From assembly GCA_963747235.1 (NCBI GenBank), contig CAVVEU010000040.1, positions 192,001 through 256,000 on the forward strand: a stretch of DNA of 64,000 nucleotides, given 5' to 3'. Shown in pieces: positions 1 through 10,661 of the stretch; the stretch's first letter is position 1; each line of letters starts with the position of its first letter. The DNA is from an uncultured Candidatus Rokubacteria bacterium (GTDB taxonomy: Bacteria; Methylomirabilota; Methylomirabilia; Rokubacteriales; CSP1-6). Made by a program: the position numbers and the translations under genes. The notes beneath the pieces are model-generated. The model saw only the letters and a program-made list of their open reading frames with translations, did no database searches and was not told the DNA's origin.

Positions 1-360
1 GGCGCCCAGCTCCGCTGCGTGGTCTGCCAGAGCCTCTCGGTGGCCGACTCGCCGTCGGAGACCGCGAACCAGATGCGCGGCATCATCCGCGAGCGGCTGG
101 CCGCGGGCGACTCCCCCGAGCAGGTGAAGGCCTACTTCGTCGAGAAGTACGGCCTCTGGATCCTGCTCGCCCCGCCCCGGCAGGGCTTCAACCTGCTGGT
201 GTGGGTGGTGCCGTTCGTGGCCCTCGGCGCGGGCCTGGTGCTGGTGCTCCTGCTGGTGCGCCGCTGGAGCCGGCGGGCCGCCGACGCCAACCCCGTCCCC
301 GCGCCGGACGCCGCGATGCGCGCGCGCATCCACCGTGAGATGGCGGAGCGCGAGCCGTGA
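1..360 (+). CDS. ccmH: Cytochrome c-type biogenesis protein CcmH/NrfF (5' end outside the window)
   Basis: LRCVVCQ (LRCxxC) motif, then SVADSPSETANQMR...YFVEKYG.WILLAPP and one TM helix. Confidence 0.85.
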   Translation, partial: GAQLRCVVCQSLSVADSPSETANQMRGIIRERLAAGDSPEQVKAYFVEKYGLWILLAPPRQGFNLLVWVVPFVALGAGLVLVLLLVRRWSRRAADANPVPAPDAAMRARIHREMAEREP

Positions 361-1314
361 CCGCGCTCCAGATCACCCTGATCGCCGCGATCGTGGTGCC
401 CGCGCTCGCGATCGTGCTGTGGCCCCTGCTCGGCGGCCGCCCCGCCGGGGCCGCGTCGTCGCCCGCGCGCGCCTCCGACGACCGCCGCCTCGAGCTGGAA
501 GAGGAGAAGAGCGCGCTCTACCGCGCGCTGCGCGAGCTCGAGTTCGACCACGACGCGGGGCATCTCTCCGATCCCGACTTCCAGAGCCTCCGCGAGCGCT
601 ACGAGTCCCGCGCCGGCGTGCTGATCACCGAGCTGGATGCGCTGGGGACTGTCGTACGCGGGGGCCCCGAAATGGCCCCCGCGCTCCCCCAGCCGCGGAC
701 ACCCGTGCGTGCGCGCGCCGCGCGCCTCCTGGACCCGGCACCCGGCCACGTTCGCGGCCGGCGCGGCGGTGCTGGTGATCTTCGGCGTGATCATCGGCGT
801 CAACGCCGGCCGCTTCACCGAGCGCGACGAGACCTTCACGCCGCCCGGCGCCCGCATCCCGGTGCCCGGCCCGCCGCCGTCGTCGCCGGTGGGGCCGCCC
901 ATGGCCCGCCTCGAGCCGGGCAAGCCGATCCCGCCCGAGATGCTGGCCGGCATGCTGCAGGCGGCGCGCCAGAGCCTCTTCGAGGGCCGCTACTCGGAGG
1001 CCATCGCCGCCTACCAGGCCGTGCTCAAGCGCGACGAGCGCAACGTGGACGCGATGACCCACCTGGGCCTCATCGTCGCGGTCGGCGGCCACGCCGACTC
1101 CGCGCTCGAGACCTTCGACAAGGCGCTCAAGATCGACCCGAAGTACGCGCCCGCCTATCTCTACCGCGGCCAGGTGCTCTACGAGCAGAAGCAGGACTAC
1201 GCGGGCGCGGTGGCCGCGTGGGAGCGCTTCATGGCGCTGGTGCCCAAGGGCGAGGACCGCGATCGCGTCGCGGAGCTGGTGGCGCGGGCGAAGAACAAGC
1301 AGCCGCCGCGGTAG
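357..1314 (+). CDS. CcmI/CycH-like TPR protein for c-type cytochrome biogenesis (frameshift ~700-740)
   Basis: N-terminal TM plus LRELEFDH.AGHLS..DFQ.LRERYE (CcmI-like) in ORF 357; TPR repeats in ORF 637-1314; GTGA overlap with ccmH. Confidence 0.7.
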
Positions 1315-1396
1315 CCATCATTCCGTCGAGGGCTCACTTGCGGGCCCTCACCTACTTCAGGTATCGTGCCGAGCAACATGCGCAGCTCCTCGCGCC

Positions 1397-2092
1397 GTGA
1401 GCCTCGCCGCGACGATGGCCCTCGCCATCGGCCTGCTCGGCCTCGTAGCGCCGCCCGCCGCCGCCGAAACCGCGCGGCATCTCGTCGACGCCGACGGCGT
1501 CGTCCACCTCACCAACGTGCCGGCGGATCCGCGCTATCGCGGCCTGCCCGGCGCGACGGGCACCACCACCGGCTGGCTGCGCCTCCCCGCTCGGTCGTTG
1601 CCGCGGTACGCGGCCGAGATCCAGGAGATCGCCCGCGAGCACGGCGTGAGCCCGGGGCTGATCACCGCGGTGATGCGCACCGAGTCGGGCTTCGACCCGG
1701 CCGCGGTGTCGCCCAAGGGCGCGGGCGGGCTCATGCAGCTCATGCCGGGGACGGCGGCGGCACTCGGCGTGGTGGACCGCTTCAACCCGCGCGAGAACAT
1801 CAGCGGGGGCGTGCGGCATCTGCGCTACCTGCTCGATCGCTACCAGGGCCGCGTGGCGCTGGCGCTGGCCGCCTACAACGCGGGGGAAGGCGTCGTGGAC
1901 ACCTACCGCGGAATCCCGCCCTACCCGGAGACGCAGCAGTACGTCCGGCGGATCCTGAAGGAGGCGGGCCTGGGCGAGGCCGCCGGCGCGACGCCGCAGA
2001 CGATCTACCGCTATCAGGGCCCCGACGACACGCTCACCTACACCAATGTTCCGCCGCCTCCGGGCCGCAGCAAGGACCGCCCGCGCCAGTAG
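1397..2092 (+). CDS. Lytic transglycosylase (SLT domain) with DUF4124-like ends
   Basis: Signal peptide; ES-GF, GAGGLMQLMP, ALAAYNAGEG and IPPYPETQQYV SLT motifs; DADGVVHLTN and PDDTLTYTN ends. Confidence 0.9.
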   Translation: MSLAATMALAIGLLGLVAPPAAAETARHLVDADGVVHLTNVPADPRYRGLPGATGTTTGWLRLPARSLPRYAAEIQEIAREHGVSPGLITAVMRTESGFDPAAVSPKGAGGLMQLMPGTAAALGVVDRFNPRENISGGVRHLRYLLDRYQGRVALALAAYNAGEGVVDTYRGIPPYPETQQYVRRILKEAGLGEAAGATPQTIYRYQGPDDTLTYTNVPPPPGRSKDRPRQ

Positions 2093-2241
2093 ACCTGAAG
2101 GAATTGCGGGGCAGTCGCCAGGCTGAAGAAGGATAAAGAGGGATAGCGAAGTACCCTCTCAGTGCCCTGCAGGTCCCACCCCGGACGCGCCGTTCAACGC
2201 GAAGTATCGTCTCGAGTTGGACATTCGAGGCGCCATCTGCG

Positions 2242-2257
2242 TGGCACTGGACTTGCT
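2242..2257 (+). promoter_or_regulatory. Sigma54 (-24/-12) promoter upstream of the T2SS operon
   Basis: TGGCAC-TGGAC-TTGCT matches TGGCAC-N5-TTGCW exactly, in a lower-GC intergenic gap about 55 bp before gspE. Confidence 0.75.
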
Positions 2258-2312
2258 CTTCCGTCCAGCGCCACCGTCACGCAAACGATACAAGTATTGA
2301 AAGAAGCGAGGA

Positions 2313-4059
<1,747 letters not shown>

Positions 4060-4060
4060 G

Positions 4061-4125
4061 CCCCTCATCGCCGGGCCCCTCATCGCCGGGCCCCTCACCC
4101 TGCCCTCTCCCCCGAGGGGAGAGGG
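4061..4125 (+). repeat. BoxC/REP-like palindrome preceded by two 15-bp tandem units
   Basis: (CCCCTCATCGCCGGG)x2 then CCCCTCACCCTG-CCCTCTCCCC-CGA-GGGGAGAGGG, between gspE and gspF. Confidence 0.75.
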
Positions 4126-4139
4126 TGTGGAGCGCTAGC

Positions 4140-5364
4140 GTGGCGGTGTTCGCCTACCGGGCGGCCGATCAGCGCGGGCAGACGGTGGACGGCGTGATGG
4201 AAGCGCCCGACGTGCGCGCGGTGGCCGAGCGCCTGCAGCGCGAGGCGTACTTCCCGATCAAGATCGCGCTCCAGCACCAGCGCCGCCGCGTCCTCGGGCT
4301 GGCGTGGCCGGAGATGGGCGGCCGCCGGGTGGCCGGCGGCGACCTGGTCTCGCTCACGCAGCAGCTCGCCACCCTGCTGGAGGCGGGCCTGCCGCTCGAC
4401 CGCGCGCTCGCGATCCAGGCCGAGCTGGCCCCGACCGCGCGGCTCCGCGCCATCATGGCCGACGTGCTGCGCACCGTGCGCGGGGGCAGCTCGCTCGCCG
4501 ACGCGCTCGCCAAGCACCACCCGCGCCCGTTCTCGCGCCTGTACATCAACATGGTGCGCGCGGGCGAGAAGGGCGGCGTGCTCGAGACCACGCTGCGCCG
4601 CCTGGCCGAGTTCCTGGCCGAGTCGCAGGAGTTCCGCGACGCGCTGGTCTCCGCGCTGATCTACCCCGTGCTGCTCACCGGCGTGGGCGCCGCCGCCGTC
4701 GTCTTCCTGATGACCTTCGTCATCCCGCGCTTCGCCACCATCTTCAAGGATCTCGGCGCGACGATTCCCCTGCCGACGCTGATCCTGCTCGAGATCAGCG
4801 GGGCGCTCCAGCGCTACTGGTGGCTGATCGCTCTCGTCGGGGTGGCGGGCGTGCTCGCGAGCCGGATGTTCCTGGCCACGCCGCGCGGACGCCTCGCGAG
4901 CGACCGCGCGCTCCTGCGGGTGCCGATCGTCGGGCAGGTCATCGTCAAGACCGAGGTGGCCCGCTTCACGCGGATCCTGGGCACCCTGCTCCGGAGCGGG
5001 CTCGCCGATGATCGGCGCGCTCGCCGTGGTCAAGGACATGCTCGGCAACCAGGTGCTGGCCGGCGCGGTGGACCGGCTGGGCGACGGCGCGCGGCGCGGC
5101 GCCGGCCTCGCCCAGCCGATGGCCGACTCGGGCGTCTTCCCCCCGCTCGCCATCCACATGGTGCGCGTGGGCGAGGAGACCGGCCGGCTCGAGGAGATGC
5201 TGCTCCGGGTGGCGGCCGACTTCGAGGCGGACACGCGCAAGCTGGTCAAGCGGCTCATCGCGCTCGCGGAGCCCTGCATCATCCTGGTGATGGGCGTGGT
5301 GGTGGGCTTCATCGTCGTGGCCATGCTCATGGCCATCCTCTCCGTCACCGATCTCCCCCTATGA
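4140..5364 (+). CDS. gspF: Type II secretion inner-membrane platform protein GspF (frameshift ~5000)
   Basis: VFAYRAAD..G..V.G; QQLATLLEAGLPL; YINMVRAGEKGG.L; ALIYP; MVRVGEETGRLEEML; EP..I. Confidence 0.9.
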
Positions 5365-5804
5365 AGGCCGCCATGACGCGACTCCTCCGGAACCAGCGGG
5401 GCTTCTCGCTGATCGAGCTCCTGGTCGTCATCATCATCCTGGGCCTGATCGCGGGCCTCGTCGGCCCGCGGCTCTTCGGCCGCGTCGGGCAGAGCAAGCA
5501 GGCCGCCGCGCGGGCGCAGATCGAGCTGTTCGGCGCGGCCCTCGACCAGTACCGCCTGGACGTCGGCGCCTACCCGCCGGTGGGCGCGGGGCTCCAGGCG
5601 CTGGTCCAGAACCCGAACGCGCCCAACTGGAACGGGCCCTATCTCAAGAAGCCGGCCGTCCCGCTCGATCCGTGGGGCCGCCCGTACCAGTACAAGTGCT
5701 GCCCCGGCGACCACAGCGACTACGACATCTGGACGCTCGGCGCCGACGGGGCGCCCGGGGGCGACGGCGAGAACCACGACGTCACCTCGTGGGAGACCAA
5801 GTGA
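5361..5804 (+). CDS. gspG: Major pseudopilin GspG
   Basis: QRG|FSLIELLVV cleavage site; ALDQYRLDVGAYP, WNGPYLKK, PLDPWGRPYQY, LGADGAPGGDG. Confidence 0.93.
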   Translation: MKAAMTRLLRNQRGFSLIELLVVIIILGLIAGLVGPRLFGRVGQSKQAAARAQIELFGAALDQYRLDVGAYPPVGAGLQALVQNPNAPNWNGPYLKKPAVPLDPWGRPYQYKCCPGDHSDYDIWTLGADGAPGGDGENHDVTSWETK

Positions 5805-6247
5805 GCCGCGGCTACTCGCTGATGGAGCTGGTGGTGGTGCTCGCCATCCTGGCGGTGGCCACCGCGCTGGTGATCCCGGCGGTCGGCCGCACCGCGGACG
5901 AGGTGCGCGCCCGCGCCGAGGTGGCCTCCGTCGCGGCCTTCCTGCGCTCGGCGCGCGAGCAGGCCGTCACGCGCCGGCAGGCGCTCGAGGTGGTCGTGGA
6001 CCGCGACGCGCACGCGCTGCTGCTCCAGCGTCCCGCCCGCGACGGCCAGCCCGCCGCGCCGACGCGCCAGGCCTTCTCCGCGCTCCTGCGCGTCGAGGGC
6101 AGCGCGCTCTCCCCGGGCGTCACGTTCCTGCCCCACGGCATGTCGAGCGGCGCGCGCTTCGGGGTCGAGACGGTCGGGGCGCGCGCGTACGTGATCTCGG
6201 TGGACGCGCTCACCGGACGCGTGACCACGCAGCGAGTGGCGCGGTGA
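5801..6247 (+). CDS. gspH: Minor pseudopilin GspH/FimT-like
   Basis: GTG start overlaps the gspG stop; RG|YSLMELVVVL; VTFLPHGMSSG; VDALTGRV. Confidence 0.8.
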   Translation: MSRGYSLMELVVVLAILAVATALVIPAVGRTADEVRARAEVASVAAFLRSAREQAVTRRQALEVVVDRDAHALLLQRPARDGQPAAPTRQAFSALLRVEGSALSPGVTFLPHGMSSGARFGVETVGARAYVISVDALTGRVTTQRVAR

Positions 6248-6621
6248 AGCGCGGCTTCACGCTGCTCGAGGTGCTGGTGGCGATGACCATCCTCGGGCTC
6301 GCCATCGTCACGCTCATGCAGCTCTCCTCCCAGGGGCTGCGCCTCCTGCGCCTCTCGGACGACTACCAGCAGGCCGTGCTCGTGGCGGATCGGCTCGTCC
6401 GCACCGTGGAGGTGCCGCAGGAGGGTGTCGAGGCGGGCCAGGAGGGACCGTTCCAGTGGGAGCGCCGCGTCGCGCTCGTGCCGATGCCGGACGAGCTGAC
6501 GCCGGGCGCGGGCCCGAAGCCCCTCTTCTATTCGCTCTCGGTCGCGGTGCGATGGGGCGGTACGCGCACGTTCGAGATCGCGAGCCTCCGCACGGTGCCC
6601 GGGATCCCGGGGCAGCAATGA
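6244..6621 (+). CDS. gspI: Minor pseudopilin GspI
   Basis: KRG|FTLLEVLVAM, 125 aa, position in the operon. Confidence 0.8.
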   Translation: MKRGFTLLEVLVAMTILGLAIVTLMQLSSQGLRLLRLSDDYQQAVLVADRLVRTVEVPQEGVEAGQEGPFQWERRVALVPMPDELTPGAGPKPLFYSLSVAVRWGGTRTFEIASLRTVPGIPGQQ

Positions 6622-7227
6622 CGACGCGCGCGCGGGCGAAGGGCTTCACCCTGCTCGAGCTGCTGCTGGCGCTCGGCATCGTGGCCCTGCTGCTGGTCAT
6701 CGTGTCGGGCGGCCTGCGCGTCGGGCTGACCGCGTGGCAGCGCGGCGAGGAGCGCACCGCGAAGCTCGACCGCGCGCGGAGCCTGGTCGTCCTGCTCGAG
6801 CACGCGCTGGCCGGCGCCTTCCCCTACCGGGTCACGACCGAGACGCGAGCAGGAGCCCCGCATCCTCTTCGACGGCCGGCCGGATCGCCTGACCTTCGCC
6901 ACGCTCTCGCCGCCGCTGCCGATGGGCCCGACGACCGCGTTCAGCGCGGTCCGCTTCACCGCCGACGACGGCGGGCTCGCGCTGCGCCAGCAGGTCCTGC
7001 CGAACCGCATCGTGCTGGACCGGCTGGACCCCATGCTGGTGGACGCGCACACCACCGCCATCCGCTTCCGCTACCTGGGTCTGGACCCGGAGTCCTGGCA
7101 GGACGCGTGGGACATCACGAAGGAGGAGACCCTGCCGCGGGCGGTGGAGATCACCCTGGTCACCGGCGCCGGCGCGCGGGCCACGCAGCAGACCCTCACC
7201 GTGCCCCTCCAGGTCAACCAGCCATGA
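6618..7227 (+). CDS. gspJ: Minor pseudopilin GspJ (frameshift ~6845)
   Basis: KG|FTLLELLLAL; C-terminal IRFRY...WQDAWD...LPRAVEITL. Confidence 0.8.
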
Positions 7228-8165
7228 GGGACGAGCGCGGGGTCGCCCTGATCGTGGTGCTGCTGGTGCTGGCGCTGCTCGCGGTGGTGGTCACCGAGTC
7301 CGCCTACTCCGCGCGCCTCGAGGCCTCGATGGTGCGCTCGTACCGGGACGGCGTGGTGGCCCAGCACCTGGCCGAGGCCGGCGTGCACCAGGCCATCCGC
7401 GAGATCCTGAGCCAGGCCCAGGTCACCGCGGTGGACGGCGACGGCGCGCTCGTCTTCTACCGCTCCCTGCCCGGGCAGACGACGCCGGCGCGCGTGCCGC
7501 CGCTGCCCCGCACCCGCGTCGCGCTGGGCGCCGGAGAATTCTCCTACCGGATCAGCGACGAGGCCGCGCGGCTCGGCCTGAACGGAGCCGACACCACCCG
7601 CTTCGACCGGCTGCTGGTCGCGCTCGACGTGGACCGCCAGCAGCGCGACATCATCACCGACTCGCTGCAGGACTGGCGCGACGCCAACGAGCTGCACCGC
7701 GCCCACGGCGCCGAGAGCGATTTCTACCTGAAGCTGCCCGTGCCCTACCGCGCGCGCAACGCCAATGTCCAGGACGCGACGGAGCTGCTGCAGATCCGCG
7801 GGGTCACGCCGGAGCTCTACTTCGGCGCCGGCGCCCGGCCGGGGCTCGGCGATCTCGTCACCGCGGTCACCGCCAACGCCGTGAACCTCAACACCGCGCC
7901 GCCGCTCGTGCTCAAGGCCTACGGGCTCTCGGATGCCGAGATCGGCGACGTGGTGCAGACGCGCGTGCGGGCGCCCTACCCGATGGTGCCGGGGCGCTTC
8001 GCGGGGCGCGGCTTCACGGTGGGGAGCGGCACGTTCCGGATCGAGGCCGAGGGCCTGGTGGGCGGCATCGCGCGCAGCCGGATCGTCGCGGTGGTGCGGC
8101 GCGGGCGGCCGGGCCGCGTGCTGGATCTGACCGTCGTCTCCTGGCGGCCGGGAGCCGCGTCATGA
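7224..8165 (+). CDS. gspK: Minor pseudopilin GspK
   Basis: RG|VALIVVLLVL without E5; ISDEAARLGLN, SLQDWRDAN, ELLQIRGVT, VNLNTAP. Confidence 0.85.
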   Translation: MRDERGVALIVVLLVLALLAVVVTESAYSARLEASMVRSYRDGVVAQHLAEAGVHQAIREILSQAQVTAVDGDGALVFYRSLPGQTTPARVPPLPRTRVALGAGEFSYRISDEAARLGLNGADTTRFDRLLVALDVDRQQRDIITDSLQDWRDANELHRAHGAESDFYLKLPVPYRARNANVQDATELLQIRGVTPELYFGAGARPGLGDLVTAVTANAVNLNTAPPLVLKAYGLSDAEIGDVVQTRVRAPYPMVPGRFAGRGFTVGSGTFRIEAEGLVGGIARSRIVAVVRRGRPGRVLDLTVVSWRPGAAS

Positions 8166-9495
8166 TGCCCGGGCGCATCGGCCTCTTCCTGGACAATGGC
8201 CGGCTCACCGTGGTCGGCCTGGCCGGCCGCGACCAGGTCGAGCACTTCGTCGTCGAGGACGCGGAGGACCCGGCGGCCACCCTCGCGGCGGAGCTGCAGG
8301 CGCGCGGCCTCACGGGCCGCTACATCCGTGTGGGCCTCGATCGGCGGCTGGCCGTGGTCAAGGCGATCGAGCTGCCGCGCGCGGCCGGCAGCGACATCGG
8401 CGCGATGGTCGGCTTCGATCTCGAGCGGCACGTGCCGTTCCCGCCCGAGGGCGTCCGGTTCGACTGGGTCGAGCTGCCGGGCGGCCCCGACGAGCCGCAT
8501 CACGTGCTGATCGTGGCGGCCGAGCGACGGACGGTGGAGCGACCGCTCGGGCTGCTGGCCGCCGCCCATCGCCGCCCGGCCGCCGTGGTCGTGGCCTGCC
8601 ACGAGCTGCCCGCCCTGCTCGGCCGTGAGGCGCCGACCGCGCGCGCGGTCTGGGCGCACCGCAACGGCGACGCCACCGACCTGCTCTTCCTCGACGGGCG
8701 CCGCCTGCTCATGAGCCGCCGCGTGACGGCCGGCGACCACCGAGCGACCTGGCGCGGGAGATCCGGCGCAGCCTGGCCATGGTGCGCTGGAGCGACTGCG
8801 AGGCGGTCTGGCTCTCCGGCAGCGACGCCGAGGCCGAGATCCCCGACCTGGCCGCACTCATGGGCGTCCCGGTCTCCGCGCCCCCGTACGCCGCGGACCG
8901 GGCCGCGCTCGTCGCCGCCCTGCCGCCGGAGGCGCAGGGCCCGGCGCTCCTCGCGCTCGCGGTCGCGGTGGGCCCGCGGAGCCCCGCGCTCAACCTGCTC
9001 CCGGCGGAGGCGCGGCTCTGGACCCCCTCGCGCGAGCAGCTCGTGACCGCGGGGATCATCGGGGTGACCGCGCTCCTCGGGCTCGCCCTGGCTCTCACCC
9101 ACGTGATCAAAACCGAGCGCCATCTCGATCGTCTCGCCCAGGAGATCCGCCGGCTCGATCCGGAGGTGAAGGCGGTCGAGCGGCTGGCCGCCGAGCTCGG
9201 CCAGAAGCGGCGGGTCCTGGCCGCGCTGCAGGCGGCGCAGGACGGCCGGATCCCCGCGCTGCCGGTCCTGCGCGAGCTGACCGAGACCCTGCCCCAGGGC
9301 GCCTGGCTACAGGGGTTGACCCTGGATCGCCAGGGGGTCGAGCTGGTGGGCCAGTCCGACGCGGCGAGCGCCCTGATCCCCCTGCTCGAGGCCACGGCCC
9401 GCCTGGAGCGGGTGGAGTTCACCTCGCCGGTGACCAAGACCCAGAACAAGGAGCAGTTCCGGCTCCGGGCGATCTGGGAGACCCGGGAGCGTTAG
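8162..9495 (+). CDS. gspL: GspL/PilM-PilN-like assembly protein (frameshift ~8745)
   Basis: Actin-like N-domain (FDLERHVPF), LNLLP motif, TM helix, PilN-like C-domain (LRELTETLP..AWL..L). Confidence 0.7.
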
Positions 9496-9496
9496 A

Positions 9497-10085
9497 ATGC
9501 CGAGCCTCAGCCCCCGGGAGCGTATCGTCGTCGGAGCCGGAGCGGCCATCGCCTTGGTGGTCGGCGGCTACCTCATGATCGTCGAGCCCATCATGACTCG
9601 CGCCCGTACCGCGGAGGCTACCGTGCCCTCACGTGAGGAAATCCTCGAGCGTCGCCGGGACCAGATCCGGCAGCAGGCGCGCCTGGCCGCGGAGCTCGCC
9701 GCCGTCAACGCGCGGCTGGAGGCCGAATCGGGGCGCCTGCTGCGGGGGCCCGACCGCGCCGCTGGCCGCCTCCGAGCTCCAGCAGCTCGTCAAGGAGCTG
9801 CTGGGCGACGCGGGCGTCGAGGTCCGGAGCGAGCGCGTGCTGCCCGCGTCGGATCTGCAAGGGCTCCAGGAGGTCTCCATCGAGCTGGCCGTCATGGGCA
9901 GCATCCGGGACACCGTGACCGCGCTCTCTCGCCTGGAGCGCACTCCGCAGCTCCTGGCGCTGAAGGACGTGAAGATCCGGGTGGTGGCGGTCGGGCAGCC
10001 GCGCGAGCTGCTGACCACCGTCGTCATCGCCGGCTATCTCCTGCCCGGGCCGGCGGCGGCCAAGCCCGCGGCCAAGAGCGACTAG
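9497..10085 (+). CDS. gspM: GspM-like protein (frameshift ~9750)
   Basis: LSPRER plus TM helix, coiled coil and C-terminal ferredoxin-like domain (LSRLERTPQLL.L..V.I). Confidence 0.7.
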
Positions 10086-10088
10086 CCC

Positions 10089-10661
10089 GTGTCGCGACGC
10101 CGGCTCGCCGTCAACGTGCTGGTGGGGCTCCTCGGCTGCCTCTTCGCCGCCGGGGTGGTCCGCGAGCTGCTCACGCCGCTGCGCCTCCCGCCGCCCTCGG
10201 CGCCGCGCGCGGCTCAGCCCGTCCGCGTGGCGCCGCCGGCCCCCGCGCCGCCCGCCGCCGCGGCGTCGTACGCGGTCGTCGCGTCCCGCAACCTCTTCAG
10301 CCCGACACGCTCCGAGGCCGCCGCCGGCCCCGCGGTCGCCGCGGGCCCGAAGCCGTACCTGCACGGCGTCGTCATGAATGGCGTGAAGAGCCGCGCGTTC
10401 CTGGAGGATCCGGTGGCCAAGCGCACGTTCGGCTACTCGGTCGGCGACACCGTCGCCGGCGGTCGCGTGCAGTCCATCAGCGCCGACCGCGTGATCATCG
10501 CCCGGCCCGACGGGCTGCTCGAGGTCCTGCTCCAGGATCCCGCCAAGCCCAGGCCCGCGCCCACGGCACCCGCCGCCGTGCCGGCTGCCGGCGCACCGGC
10601 GGCCGGGACACCGGCCGCCCGGCGGATCCCGGGCGCGGCGCCGGAAAGCGAGCAGCGATGA
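10089..10661 (+). CDS. GspC-like T2SS protein
   Basis: TM, Pro/Ala linker, RNLFSPTR, LHGVV..G...AFL and VGDTVAGGRVQSI..DRVII (HR domain). Confidence 0.65.
   Translation: MSRRRLAVNVLVGLLGCLFAAGVVRELLTPLRLPPPSAPRAAQPVRVAPPAPAPPAAAASYAVVASRNLFSPTRSEAAAGPAVAAGPKPYLHGVVMNGVKSRAFLEDPVAKRTFGYSVGDTVAGGRVQSISADRVIIARPDGLLEVLLQDPAKPRPAPTAPAAVPAAGAPAAGTPAARRIPGAAPESEQR

Noticed and set aside
4061-4125. CRISPR-like repeat-spacer pattern (also at 53075-53138)
   Set aside because: Only two or three 15-bp units with identical filler, and no cas genes in the window.
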